Notes under the pieces: generated by a model | Databases searched by the model: none | What the model was told of the DNA's origin: nothing | The model's input: only the letters and a program-made list of their open reading frames with translations | Made by a program: the position numbers and the translations under genes | IMG/VR virus record: IMGVR_UViG_3300035180_002703 | Coordinates: 10,465 to 74,464 of that record | From: a virus | Length of the DNA stretch: 64,000 nt | Strand: one strand, 5' to 3' | In this document: positions 19,553-28,620 of the stretch, piece by piece | How positions within the stretch are numbered: position 1 is the first letter of the stretch | Layout of the letters: every line of letters begins with the position of its first letter

Positions 19553-20677
19553 ATGGTCATTGAGTGCAAGCGCAAAGAACTGTTCGATGCGATGGATCGC
19601 GTCTCATACGCCATCTCAAATCGAACGTCTCTGTCGGTAATGAAGCACGTGCTCATGGAAACTGTCGATAGCGACCATGTGAAGCTGAGCGCGGGCGACC
19701 TTGAGCTGTTTGTGTCAATCACCATTCCGGCATCCGTGAGGCAGACTGGTGCCTGCACGATGGAGGCCAAGCGCGGGTCGGAGCTGATTGGATCGCTTGT
19801 TGGGAATGAGGTGCTTCTCGATACGAAGCGTGGGTTTGCCGTGCATGTCGCCTGCGAAAATTCCAGGTACGTGCTCGCAGGTTTGGACCCCGAGAGCTAT
19901 CCGAGTCTGCCAGAAGTGACAGATGAAATCAGCTTCACGATTCCCCAGCGCACATTGCGAGAGATGATCAGGCAGACTGCGTTCGCGATGTCGAAAGATT
20001 ACTCGCGAGCAAACATAGCTTGCACACTGTTCGACCTTGAGGAAAGCAAGCTCACCTTGGTTGCCACCGACTCGTTCCGTCTGGCATGCCGAAGTGAATC
20101 TGTCACGGATTCCAGCGGCTCGGCTCAGTCTCTTGTGCCCTCCCGCGCCATCACGGAGTTGAGCAAGCTGCTGGAGGACGCTCCGGGCGATGTGCGTGTG
20201 AGTGCGACATCCAGTCAGATCAAGTTCTCCATGCCGAACGACATCACGTTCATTTCCAGGCTTGTCGACGGCAAGTACATTGGTTACAAGCGCGTCATCC
20301 CGGAGTCTGCGTCTATCAAGCTCAAGACCCCGCGGCGCGAGCTGCTTGATGCCGTTCGTCGCGCAGAGATTGTGGCTTCCCGCGTTTCCCACCGCGTCAC
20401 ATTCCATTGGCATGAATCGACGCTGGCTGTCACTGCCAACGAAACGGACGGTGGCAGCGCGCGCGAGCTCGTGGATGGCTACTACGGAGCGCGTACTGAC
20501 GTCAACATGGCGTTCAACGCGTTGTATCTTTCCGACGCGCTCAAGGCTATGGACGGCCAATTCGTGGAGTTCCAGATGGATGACCCGGAGCGAACGGTGG
20601 TTCTGAGGCCTGTGGATGAAAAGGACAAGCCCGCACCGGACTACCTTTGCATAGTCATGCCGATGAAGAGCTTCTAG
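19553..20677 (+). CDS. dnaN: DNA polymerase III beta sliding clamp
   Basis: 374 aa; LVATDSFRLA, SRLVDGKY, FNALYL.D.L, C-terminal IVMPM. Confidence 0.95.
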   Translation: MVIECKRKELFDAMDRVSYAISNRTSLSVMKHVLMETVDSDHVKLSAGDLELFVSITIPASVRQTGACTMEAKRGSELIGSLVGNEVLLDTKRGFAVHVACENSRYVLAGLDPESYPSLPEVTDEISFTIPQRTLREMIRQTAFAMSKDYSRANIACTLFDLEESKLTLVATDSFRLACRSESVTDSSGSAQSLVPSRAITELSKLLEDAPGDVRVSATSSQIKFSMPNDITFISRLVDGKYIGYKRVIPESASIKLKTPRRELLDAVRRAEIVASRVSHRVTFHWHESTLAVTANETDGGSARELVDGYYGARTDVNMAFNALYLSDALKAMDGQFVEFQMDDPERTVVLRPVDEKDKPAPDYLCIVMPMKSF

Positions 20678-20692
20678 ATCGGAGGCAAAGCC

Positions 20693-21064
20693 ATGAGGGA
20701 AACCGTGGATGGCACGACGTTCGACGAATCTCGCGCGGTGTTCGTGGCACACGTCGATTTCGAGGATTGCGAGGAGGATTGCGGCTGGAGCGGTGACATC
20801 TACGTGTACGACGACATAAGCAGATGGTTCCTGGTCGGGAAAGGCGGAGCATGGACCGTCTTCAGCAAGTGCATGGGTAAGTACGACGACAGGGAACCGG
20901 GGGAGGCTGTCCTTGAGCTATCCAAGGACGAAGTGATCTACCTTCTCCGAGGCGAGGCGTCCGCGGCGTCGTATGATGCACTTCAGAAGTACGCGAAAGA
21001 GCTCGATTACGACCCAGACACGGACTACGATGACGAAGAGCCGTACATCTACGTTCTGGAATGA
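20693..21064 (+). CDS. hypothetical protein, YDT paralog family
   Basis: ETVDGTTFDE...RWFLVGKGG. Confidence 0.7.
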   Translation: MRETVDGTTFDESRAVFVAHVDFEDCEEDCGWSGDIYVYDDISRWFLVGKGGAWTVFSKCMGKYDDREPGEAVLELSKDEVIYLLRGEASAASYDALQKYAKELDYDPDTDYDDEEPYIYVLE

Positions 21065-21083
21065 CGTGTGAGGGGCACCATCT

Positions 21084-21165
21084 GTGATAAAGTACCTCGG
21101 CTCCAAGCGTCTGCTATTGCCGAACATTCTTGCGTGTATAGAGGCATTACAGCCTAGGCTGAGCT
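21084..21165 (+). pseudogene. 5' remnant of a DNA adenine methylase
   Basis: MIKYLGSKRLLLPNIL resembles D12-class MTase N-termini; frame then runs into a promoter with no motif I or IV. Confidence 0.45.
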
Positions 21166-21281
21166 TCAGATGGTGCCCCCAACGTTCTGCGTTCGACTGC
21201 CGAGATCGCGGCTTTGGCCGCGCTCGGCGCATGCATGAAGCATATCCTCCAGTTTATTTCCCAATAGAACGGCATCAGGGG

Positions 21282-21310
21282 TTGACATCGTGCGAACGGC
21301 ATGATATAAT
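21282..21310 (+). promoter_or_regulatory. sigma70 promoter
   Basis: TTGACA-17-TATAAT, extended TG. Confidence 0.9.
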
Positions 21311-21323
21311 ATACATAGTAGTA

Positions 21324-21358
21324 AACGATAAGCCGCCACCGTTCGCGGGGCGCACGTT
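21324..21358 (+). ncRNA. structured leader motif copy 1
   Basis: AACG AUAAGC CGCC A CCG(UUCG)CGG GGCG CA CGUU. Confidence 0.8.
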
Positions 21359-21372
21359 ATGGGGAGAGGGGT

Positions 21373-22170
21373 GTGGAGAAAGAGTACACGCAACAGTTGC
21401 TGGATCGCGCAGTGTGGAAACACCAGCGGTGGATGCGAGAGAAACGCTACGCGGCGCAGCGGCTCAATCTGTCAGACATTCAGCTGAACGGTCTCGATTT
21501 GTCGGGCCTTGACCTAAGCTACGCCATCTGCGTCAACACGACTTTCAACAAGTGCAACCTGAAGGGCGTGAACCTGATGTTGGGTGTTGCGGCGCAGGCC
21601 CGATTCCTGGAATCGAATCTGCGAGGGGCTGATCTCTCCCATTCTATGCTGTCGGAGGCCACCTTCTGGGCGAGCATCCTGTCGGAGTCCGACTTTGGCA
21701 GCGCGAATTGCTCGGGTGCATGTTTTGACGAAGTACTGCTTACCGGGGCGAGATTCAACAAGACCATCCTGTATGACGCAGTGTTCCGAAACGCTCACAA
21801 CGTGCCGGAATCCGCTCGGGCGTTCTCCCGCATCACTCCCGAAACCGGATCGTTCGAGATGTGGAAGAAATGCGACGGAGACGTGCTGGTGAGGCTTCTG
21901 GTTCCTGCGGATGCCCATCGGGAGAACGGGTGTTCGCGTCTACTGCGGGTCTCGAAAGCCGTTGTGCTGGAGATATTGGGGCCACACGGCGAAACGACGG
22001 TCAGAAACATGTCCGATCCAGATGTCGAGTACAAGGTCGGGGATGTTGTTACTCCGCGAGAAGGCTTCAACCCAGATTGGGAGAACGAGTATTCGGGAGG
22101 AATCCACGGATATCTGTCTCGCGCAGAGGCCGCATCACCAGGTATTTACAAGATCGATGTTGACGAATGA
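21373..22170 (+). CDS. pentapeptide repeat protein with DUF5758-like C-terminus
   Basis: A(D/N)LxX repeats, then WKKC...VRLLVPADA.R. Confidence 0.9.
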   Translation: MEKEYTQQLLDRAVWKHQRWMREKRYAAQRLNLSDIQLNGLDLSGLDLSYAICVNTTFNKCNLKGVNLMLGVAAQARFLESNLRGADLSHSMLSEATFWASILSESDFGSANCSGACFDEVLLTGARFNKTILYDAVFRNAHNVPESARAFSRITPETGSFEMWKKCDGDVLVRLLVPADAHRENGCSRLLRVSKAVVLEILGPHGETTVRNMSDPDVEYKVGDVVTPREGFNPDWENEYSGGIHGYLSRAEAASPGIYKIDVDE

Positions 22171-22221
22171 CACAGAAGCGAAACACTTAGGCGCATACAT
22201 TGGAAGAGGAGGAGAGGGAAT

Positions 22222-22596
22222 ATGGTATCGATTGTAACTGTCGCAATGCCCGTGGAGATGGGGCAGAAGCTTGAGGAACTGCGTGCGGAATACGGACACG
22301 CATCGCGGTCGGCGATCGTTCGGATGGCGGTTGAATCGTTCATCCGCGGCGGCGGCGTGGGTGGAGAGAAAAGCAAGTGTCCTGCTCTGACGTGGCATGC
22401 GGTATCAGATCAGTTGCCGGACGATTCGGAGGTGAAGCTCGTAACCGTTCTCGACTCACATGGTGGCCGTTGTGTGGCGACGTCCTATTACATCAAAGGC
22501 AGCTGGTACAGTGATGGCCCATACTCGTCGCTTCCTGTCATTGCATGGACCGATTGGCCGGAGGCATGGGACGGAGAGGTGAAGAAGAATGGATAA
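22222..22596 (+). CDS. ribbon-helix-helix protein with DUF551-like C-terminus
   Basis: VTVAMP...SRSAIVRMAV; W..VSDQLP...VIAW..WPE. Confidence 0.6.
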   Translation: MVSIVTVAMPVEMGQKLEELRAEYGHASRSAIVRMAVESFIRGGGVGGEKSKCPALTWHAVSDQLPDDSEVKLVTVLDSHGGRCVATSYYIKGSWYSDGPYSSLPVIAWTDWPEAWDGEVKKNG

Positions 22597-23047
22597 TGAT
22601 GGATTGCAGGTCGCCGAACGAGCAGAAGAAGAGCGCGGGGGAGAAGCGATAAAGCCTGGCGATCTGGTGATCTGCGGCGTAAATGGTGATCGAGGCCGGG
22701 TTGTGCGAACTCACACCAAGCTGGTCTGGACGGATGAACCAGAGATGAAGGTGCACGAAGAGACTGTACTCACCTGCGAGCTGCCCGAATGGAGCACGGA
22801 ATGGGAGTACGATGTCGATGAAGTGACCCCGGTAGAGATTGCACCGACTGGCACGAACAATGCGAACTGCAGTATTCGCGTTGGAGACGTCATCCAACTC
22901 GAAGAGACAGGTCTGCTTGCACGGGTTGAGTCTGTTACACTCAAGACGAAAGGTACACACGATGGAGTCAAACAGTACCTAGCATTCTCGGTCGTTATCG
23001 AACCTGGGCAACGCATGGTCTTGTGGGATACCGAGGTTGATATTTAG
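22589..23047 (+). CDS. hypothetical protein (two SH3-like modules)
   Basis: IKPGDLV and IRVGDVI. Confidence 0.6.
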   Translation: MDNDGLQVAERAEEERGGEAIKPGDLVICGVNGDRGRVVRTHTKLVWTDEPEMKVHEETVLTCELPEWSTEWEYDVDEVTPVEIAPTGTNNANCSIRVGDVIQLEETGLLARVESVTLKTKGTHDGVKQYLAFSVVIEPGQRMVLWDTEVDI

Positions 23048-23082
23048 ACTGCGAGGAGAACAACGACGCAAAGGAGGGTGGA

Positions 23083-23302
23083 AATGGAGAACATCGGGCT
23101 GAAAGTCGGTGACAGGGTCGTGGTGCTGCATGACGGCGAGCCGGGCAAAGTGGTGTTTCTGTCTTCCTACGGCGGATGGACAACACTCACGGTCAAGGCT
23201 GATATTGGCGGATGTGGCACATGGATGCTGAACGGGCCGGATGCGATTGCCGAGGTGGTCCGCAAGGTGCCTGCAGAAACGGGATGTATCGCCAATGCCT
23301 GA
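23083..23302 (+). CDS. hypothetical protein
   Basis: SD GGAGG; LKVGDRVV. Confidence 0.6.
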
Positions 23303-23342
23303 GCTGGGGGCGTGGAGTGGAGAGGAATAGGAGGGGGAATCA

Positions 23343-23882
23343 ATGAACAAGGTCTCTCAAGAAGAAATGAAAGGAATCCTCCAGCGTCATAGTCTGTGGC
23401 TACTCACGAGCGCTGGAGGGGAGCGTGCTATGCTGGCGGGATGTGATTTGAGGGGTCTCGATCTATCGGAAGCGAACCTGGCATATGCCAACATGGCAGG
23501 CTGCATGCTCGATAATGCGAACCTTTCTCGCGCTATGATGTCGTACGCAAACCTGGCCGACGCCACGCTGAGAGGGGTGAACGCCGTCGAGGCATCGTTC
23601 GATCGGGCCAACCTTTCTCACGCGATCCTGGCGCGGGCCGATCTGACGAATGCCAACCTGGAGTGGGCGATTTGTACGCAGACGGCATTCACCTACGCGA
23701 AGATGGATGGGATTCGGTTCTACGGCATCACGCTGGTTGGTGCATGGTTCATGGGAACGTCGGCTGTCGGCCATATGATAGAGGCTGCCAAGTATGATTT
23801 GAAGAACGCGCAGTGGACGCTCGACCGCATCGAAGAAGAGACCGAGAGACAGGCCAAACACGCACAGTTGTCGCAGTCGTAG
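23343..23882 (+). CDS. pentapeptide repeat protein
   Basis: ANLxx repeats. Confidence 0.9.
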   Translation: MNKVSQEEMKGILQRHSLWLLTSAGGERAMLAGCDLRGLDLSEANLAYANMAGCMLDNANLSRAMMSYANLADATLRGVNAVEASFDRANLSHAILARADLTNANLEWAICTQTAFTYAKMDGIRFYGITLVGAWFMGTSAVGHMIEAAKYDLKNAQWTLDRIEEETERQAKHAQLSQS

Positions 23883-23884
23883 CG

Positions 23885-23922
23885 TGCCCCAGTAAGCCGC
23901 CACCTTAGGGGGCGCATGGGCA
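23885..23922 (+). ncRNA. structured leader motif copy 2
   Basis: CCCA GUAAGC CGCC A..GGCG CA UGGG. Confidence 0.8.
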
Positions 23923-23934
23923 AGGAGGGGTGGG

Positions 23935-24615
23935 ATGACGAATAAGATGTCGCAGGAGAAGCTGGATCGGATTCTGGATGCACACGAGGCATGGCTGGGG
24001 AGGAAACCTGGAGGCAGAAGGGCTAGGCTGTGCGGAAAGAACATGTCGGGGCTGAACTTCGCGGGCCGTACGCTGAGGCACATCATCTTGGCAGACGCCG
24101 AACTGCACGGTGCGAACCTGTCCGGGGCCGATCTCGACGCAGCGAATCTCAGTTGCGCGAACATGTGGAGGGTAAATGCAGAGCGAGCAACTTTCCGAGA
24201 GACGGACCTTTCTTGCGCCGATCTCTCAGGTGCGAGGCTGTTCGACGCCGATCTCGATACAGCGAATCTCAGTCACGCGAAGATGTGGGGTGCGAATGCG
24301 GAGCGGGCGGCTTTCCGAGAAGCGAACCTTTCTTGCGCCGATCTGCGGAAAGCGAACCTAGAAGGATCGGTGTTTACCCAGGCTAATCTGTCTGGAGCTC
24401 GCCTATCAGGTGCGCATATCGACGGCGCTAAGTGGACGGACGCCGTCATGGCGATTGCGGATGTTCGCGATGTGGCTCCGACCGAGGAATTCCTGGATGC
24501 TTTTTACGATTGGAAGATATGTGTAGACAGTGCATATACAACTTGCTGCCAGCGTTACGCAGTGGCGGTAGCCACCCAAACGAATGGCGCTGACGAAACG
24601 GAGGGGGAACAATGA
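23935..24615 (+). CDS. pentapeptide repeat protein
   Basis: ANLSGADL repeats. Confidence 0.9.
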   Translation: MTNKMSQEKLDRILDAHEAWLGRKPGGRRARLCGKNMSGLNFAGRTLRHIILADAELHGANLSGADLDAANLSCANMWRVNAERATFRETDLSCADLSGARLFDADLDTANLSHAKMWGANAERAAFREANLSCADLRKANLEGSVFTQANLSGARLSGAHIDGAKWTDAVMAIADVRDVAPTEEFLDAFYDWKICVDSAYTTCCQRYAVAVATQTNGADETEGEQ

Positions 24616-25193
24616 AGCGAATGACACAGAAGAAGCTGAACAAGATTCTGGATGCACACGAGGCGTGGCTTAGGATGGAGAAGAAAGGGAAGAGGGCCAT
24701 GCTTTGTGGAAAGAACATGTCCGGCTTGGACTTCTCGGGGCGAAAGCTGAGACACGCATGCATGGCGCATTCCGTTCTGATGTATGCGAACCTGCGGGGT
24801 GCGGATTTCTCAGATGCCATTCTGATCGACGCGATTATGCTAGGAGCCGACGCAGAGAATGCGGTGTTCTGGAACGCGCACCTAACATCTGCAAATTTGT
24901 TGGATGCGAACCTGCGGAATGCGGACTTCACTCAGGCGATCGTTGTGGGGATTCTTCTAACGGAGGCGAACACGAAGGGGGCGATCTGGGACGACGCTGT
25001 TCGGCAATACTGGAATAAGCCCATGTGGTACTGGGAAACCGAGTTCGGAGAGTCGAAACATGACACAAACGAAACGGAGGGGGACAATGAAGCGAATGAA
25101 GCCAATGACACAGAAGGAGCTGAACAAGGTTCTGGATGCACATCAAGCGTGGCTGAAACTGAGGAAGGGCGAGATGGCTGTCCTAGCCAGTAG
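24612..25193 (+). CDS. pentapeptide repeat protein
   Basis: ANLRGADF repeats; tail overlaps the next gene. Confidence 0.85.
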   Translation: MKRMTQKKLNKILDAHEAWLRMEKKGKRAMLCGKNMSGLDFSGRKLRHACMAHSVLMYANLRGADFSDAILIDAIMLGADAENAVFWNAHLTSANLLDANLRNADFTQAIVVGILLTEANTKGAIWDDAVRQYWNKPMWYWETEFGESKHDTNETEGDNEANEANDTEGAEQGSGCTSSVAETEEGRDGCPSQ

Positions 25194-25614
25194 GAACATG
25201 TCCGGCTTGGACTTCTCGGGCAGGAACTTGTTCTTGGCAAACCTGTCTCGTGCTGATCTGCATGGCGCAAAACTGAGAGGTACGGACCTGCAGTCTTGCG
25301 ACCTGAGCGGTGCGGATATGCATGATGTGGATGCAGAGGGTGCGTCATTCGAGAAGGCTCAGTTGACTCGTGCGTGCCTGAGGAAAGCGAACCTGCGCAG
25401 AGCAAATTTTAGCAAGGCGTGTCTTGCTGGCGCTGATCTATCGGGTGCACATATCCAGAACGCAGTCTGGGATTATGCCGACATGAACTTCGGGTTTGCC
25501 AACGGAGTAATGCCGAGGGAAGAGCTGTTAGAGGCCCTGAAGCAGTGGAAGCTCCGTGTTGATGCCGAGTACGAGAAGTTCTGCGCGGATGTTGAGGAAC
25601 ACTCGGAGAAATAG
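25087..25614 (+). CDS. pentapeptide repeat protein
   Basis: ANLSRADL repeats. Confidence 0.9.
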   Translation: MKRMKPMTQKELNKVLDAHQAWLKLRKGEMAVLASRNMSGLDFSGRNLFLANLSRADLHGAKLRGTDLQSCDLSGADMHDVDAEGASFEKAQLTRACLRKANLRRANFSKACLAGADLSGAHIQNAVWDYADMNFGFANGVMPREELLEALKQWKLRVDAEYEKFCADVEEHSEK

Positions 25615-25615
25615 C

Positions 25616-25645
25616 TTGACAAACCCGAAGAAGACGGGATATAAT
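25616..25645 (+). promoter_or_regulatory. sigma70 promoter
   Basis: TTGACA-18-TATAAT. Confidence 0.8.
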
Positions 25646-25658
25646 ATGTACGTAGAAA

Positions 25659-25693
25659 GCCGATAAGACGCTACCTGTTACGGAGCGCGCGGG
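25659..25693 (+). ncRNA. structured leader motif copy 3
   Basis: CCG AUAAGA CGCU A..AGCG CG CGG. Confidence 0.8.
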
Positions 25694-25703
25694 CTGAGGG
25701 GGA

Positions 25704-26045
25704 ATGAGCATGAAGCGTGTGGTAAATGGCCTGCTGTACGATACCGACACTTCCCATTTGATTGCGGAGGGCTTGTCGAGAGACTATTGGGGAAGATCAG
25801 CATGGCAAGGCAGCCTGTATATCACGCCGAGGTCTCGCAGATGGTTCGTAGTGGGCCACGGCGATCCCGATAGCATCTTTTCGGGAATCCCAAATAACGA
25901 GGGGATTGTGCCAGTCGACTCCAAGTTTGTCGTGGACATGCTCGAATACGTTGAGGAAGACGTGTTCAACATACTGCTGAAGTACAAAAGCGATCTTGGA
26001 ATTCGCGATGCCGACGAAGTGCCAATTGGCACGGTCGGCTGCTAG
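25704..26045 (+). CDS. hypothetical protein, YDT paralog family
   Basis: VVNGLLYDT...LYITPRSRRWF. Confidence 0.75.
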   Translation: MSMKRVVNGLLYDTDTSHLIAEGLSRDYWGRSAWQGSLYITPRSRRWFVVGHGDPDSIFSGIPNNEGIVPVDSKFVVDMLEYVEEDVFNILLKYKSDLGIRDADEVPIGTVGC

Positions 26046-26060
26046 AAAGGAGAGGGAACA

Positions 26061-26408
26061 ATGAAGCAAGTCATTGACGGTATTCGCTACGATACCGAGA
26101 AGGCGGTTCCTGTTGCGCGGGTCTCCGGCAATAGCGGAACCCCGCACTGGTTCAGTGGCACGCTCTACATCACTCCGAGGTCTCGCCGGTGGTTTATGTC
26201 GGGCGATGGCGGTCCATACAGTCCGTTCGGCCAGAGCGTCGGCTGGGGCGCATACGCCAGCGGATCGGGGATCGCACCTCTAACTCCGGAGCGCGCTCGG
26301 GAGATTCTTGAGGGAGGGGATGATGAGTGCCAGAGCGCGATGGAAAGGTATGCCGAGGAGCTCGGCATCGTCGACGCGGATGACGTGAAGGAGCTGGCCA
26401 CTGTCTGA
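26061..26408 (+). CDS. hypothetical protein, YDT paralog family
   Basis: VIDGIRYDTEKA...LYITPRSRRWF. Confidence 0.75.
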   Translation: MKQVIDGIRYDTEKAVPVARVSGNSGTPHWFSGTLYITPRSRRWFMSGDGGPYSPFGQSVGWGAYASGSGIAPLTPERAREILEGGDDECQSAMERYAEELGIVDADDVKELATV

Positions 26409-26466
26409 TCGGTCCAGAACCCCGGGGGGGCAGGCAGAACACCCCCCGGGGGAAGAATAGAAGGGG

Positions 26467-26495
26467 TTGACAAGCCGACTATCGTATGATATAAT
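26467..26495 (+). promoter_or_regulatory. sigma70 promoter
   Basis: TTGACA-17-TATAAT, extended TG. Confidence 0.9.
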
Positions 26496-26509
26496 ATGTA
26501 CATAGTCAA

Positions 26510-26540
26510 GCCGATAAGCCGCCAACAAGAGGCGCACGGC
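26510..26540 (+). ncRNA. structured leader motif copy 4
   Basis: GCCG AUAAGC CGCC AACAAGA GGCG CA CGGC. Confidence 0.8.
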
Positions 26541-26555
26541 GAAAGGAGAGGGAAC

Positions 26556-26864
26556 ATGAACAGCACCGAGGCTCCTATGACGCTCACCGCGCTGGCCGCC
26601 GATCAGGAGTGGAACCTGGTGGAGTCGCTCAAGGGCATCGCTGACGGGCAGCGTGTTCCAGAGACCATCGACACTCTGGTTCGTCTCGCCGAGGAGTATC
26701 AGAAGTCCGCTCGCGATAAGCTGGCCGAATCGGAAAGGCTGAAGAAGTATCCTGTATCGGCGCACTTCCTCGCTCACGAGAAGGAATGCGACGCGCTGGA
26801 TGACGCTCGGGTTGCCAAGGCGTACAACGACATGGTGGATAGGCTCACGAAGTACCTGCACTGA
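26556..26864 (+). CDS. hypothetical protein
   Basis: SD AAGGAG; LKGIA.GQ...ET..TL shared with 26974. Confidence 0.7.
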   Translation: MNSTEAPMTLTALAADQEWNLVESLKGIADGQRVPETIDTLVRLAEEYQKSARDKLAESERLKKYPVSAHFLAHEKECDALDDARVAKAYNDMVDRLTKYLH

Positions 26865-26865
26865 C

Positions 26866-26930
26866 TGCCGAAACCGGCTTTCGGGCCGGTCTGCACCGGG
26901 CGGCTCCCGGCGCACTGAAGAGGCAAGCCG
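26866..26930 (+). ncRNA. type II hammerhead ribozyme
   Basis: UGCC GAAA-stem III(UUCG)-GUC-stem I-CUGAAGA GGCA; loop I CGGCU complementary to 3' AGCCG. Confidence 0.92.
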
Positions 26931-26959
26931 ATAAGTCGCCACCTTAGGGGGCGCAACGG
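26927..26959 (+). ncRNA. structured leader motif copy 5
   Basis: CCG AUAAGU CGCC A..GGCG CAA CGG. Confidence 0.8.
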
Positions 26960-26973
26960 AGGGGAGGGGAGAA

Positions 26974-27378
26974 ATGGATGACGTTGGTAGTGGTGGCTCC
27001 GTCTGGAGCGAAACCGTCTGGAAGATGCCGATGACGCTGGAGCTCCTGGAAAGACAGGCGATCGGTGCGGAAAGCGCGGCGCAGGAACACTCCGAGATTG
27101 CCAAGAGGGCTACCAGCCGGGCGGAAGCGAAGAAGGCGCGAGAGGAAGCAGATTACCTGTACGAGCTGGCCGACGAATACCGAGGGCTCGCACGTGATCT
27201 GAAGGGGATCGCGGAAGGACAGACGCTGGAAGAAACGGTGAAGACACTGCGCAGTCTATCGCGAAGGAAGACAGGTATCCAACGACACAGGCAGTTGAGC
27301 GACTATGAGGAGATGGCAGATATTCTGTCATTCTACCTGCGAGGATATACGGGAGAGGAGGATCACAATGAACAGTGA
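26974..27378 (+). CDS. hypothetical protein
   Basis: SD, helical. Confidence 0.7.
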   Translation: MDDVGSGGSVWSETVWKMPMTLELLERQAIGAESAAQEHSEIAKRATSRAEAKKAREEADYLYELADEYRGLARDLKGIAEGQTLEETVKTLRSLSRRKTGIQRHRQLSDYEEMADILSFYLRGYTGEEDHNEQ

Positions 27379-28030
27379 AGACACCTGGGCCAAGTGCCAT
27401 GTGGACGTGGCTAACGCCGCGCTCGGTATCGCCCGCGAATACGGGCATCCGTGGGCGCATAGCTCCGTGGTTCCTCAAGCTGGGGGGTGGGAGCCAGAGG
27501 ACAAGCGACCCACGCTCGAAGAAATCAAGATGCACATCCCGTGTCGGATCGCACGCGGCGTTCTCACTCCGCGCGTCTCCTACGACGAAAACGGTTGGGT
27601 GCTGAGATTCAAGACGCCGGACGGGCGCGCGACCATCCAGGTGTCGCATGAGACGGACCGCGACACGGAGTATTCAGTCACTGTCTGGAGGTCAGACGGA
27701 TCGTGGGCGCGAGGCACGAAGTCTGGGCATTTCATCATGGTCGGGGCCGACGACACTCGCTGGGGTATGCGCCATATGAAGGCATGGCAGCGAGCGTGGC
27801 GTGCGATTGGCATCGAGCCGCCGGAGTTTCCCGGGGTTCTCCGCGCTGAGTGGGACCTGATCGTCGACGCAGACAGTCCATTGCCAACAGGCACCGAGGA
27901 TATATCGGGGGCAACCGTCCAGATCATGCCCTCGGCGCTCTTGACGGGGAGGGACCTGCTCAAACTGGTGCAGTATGCACGACACGTTATCGTCCGGGAT
28001 GACGACTACCGGGCGTATCCTCTGGCATAA
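27368..28030 (+). CDS. hypothetical protein, AW.RAW paralog family
   Basis: AREY...HMKAWQRAW..IG..PPEFP. Confidence 0.7.
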   Translation: MNSEDTWAKCHVDVANAALGIAREYGHPWAHSSVVPQAGGWEPEDKRPTLEEIKMHIPCRIARGVLTPRVSYDENGWVLRFKTPDGRATIQVSHETDRDTEYSVTVWRSDGSWARGTKSGHFIMVGADDTRWGMRHMKAWQRAWRAIGIEPPEFPGVLRAEWDLIVDADSPLPTGTEDISGATVQIMPSALLTGRDLLKLVQYARHVIVRDDDYRAYPLA

Positions 28031-28033
28031 CGG

Positions 28034-28062
28034 TTGACGGGATCGGCGTGATGGGATATAAT
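28034..28062 (+). promoter_or_regulatory. sigma70 promoter
   Basis: TTGACG-17-TATAAT. Confidence 0.8.
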
Positions 28063-28103
28063 AAGTGTGCCGATATGGCTAATCTGATGGGAGGGACATA
28101 TGC

Positions 28104-28322
28104 ATGAAAGGCAGGCCACGAAGAGAGATGCAGAGTTGCGATGTTGCGCTCTGGGAGTACGGTGGAGTACGGGCGTTCGTTGAGGAGCTAGACGCCGAAG
28201 GAGTTCCTCGCCCGAAGATCATTCAGGCGATTTCGGAGGCGGCTCCAGACGCGAAGATTCCGAAGTCCGCTCAAACGATCGGTAACTGGATACGGTACTG
28301 GAAGAACCCCGATCGCGGCTAA
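28104..28322 (+). CDS. small HTH-like protein
   Basis: SAQTIGNW recognition-helix-like segment. Confidence 0.5.
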   Translation: MKGRPRREMQSCDVALWEYGGVRAFVEELDAEGVPRPKIIQAISEAAPDAKIPKSAQTIGNWIRYWKNPDRG

Positions 28323-28341
28323 CGAGAGAAGGAGGGGGGAA

Positions 28342-28608
28342 ATGCCGGACCTGGTGTTGCAAACGGGCGTCAAAGTTCCCGCTCGCGATGTTACAGAAGC
28401 TTGGGCCATGACCGTGCCCGGCGATGGCGCGGAGATACACGTCAGGCTGCGGGACCGCGCACCGTTCTGCTTGGCGTTCGCATCTGAGCTGAGAAGCGCG
28501 CCGATACATGACATGATCGAGAGGCTGACGGACTGGCTCCGCTCACCTCAAGGCGATTTCGACCTGGAGGCCGAATGGCGCGAGGCGGATACGCGCGCGG
28601 GGCTCTGA
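28342..28608 (+). CDS. hypothetical protein
   Basis: SD AAGGAGG. Confidence 0.65.
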   Translation: MPDLVLQTGVKVPARDVTEAWAMTVPGDGAEIHVRLRDRAPFCLAFASELRSAPIHDMIERLTDWLRSPQGDFDLEAEWREADTRAGL

Positions 28609-28620
28609 AAGGAGAAGCAC

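Noticed and set aside
13899-20752. Long minus-strand ORFs such as 13899-14903 and 19715-20752
   Set aside because: Shadow ORFs of well-supported plus-strand genes in GC-rich DNA
21084-21512. Intact 142-aa gene
   Set aside because: Runs through a consensus promoter, a leader and the next gene; only the first ~25 codons look like an MTase remnant
23343-25614. Diversity-generating retroelement among the pentapeptide paralogs
   Set aside because: No reverse transcriptase in the window, and no adenine-specific TR/VR pair seen
28067-28080. Additional leader copy after the 28034 promoter (GCCGATATGGC)
   Set aside because: Lacks RUAAG and the inner stem
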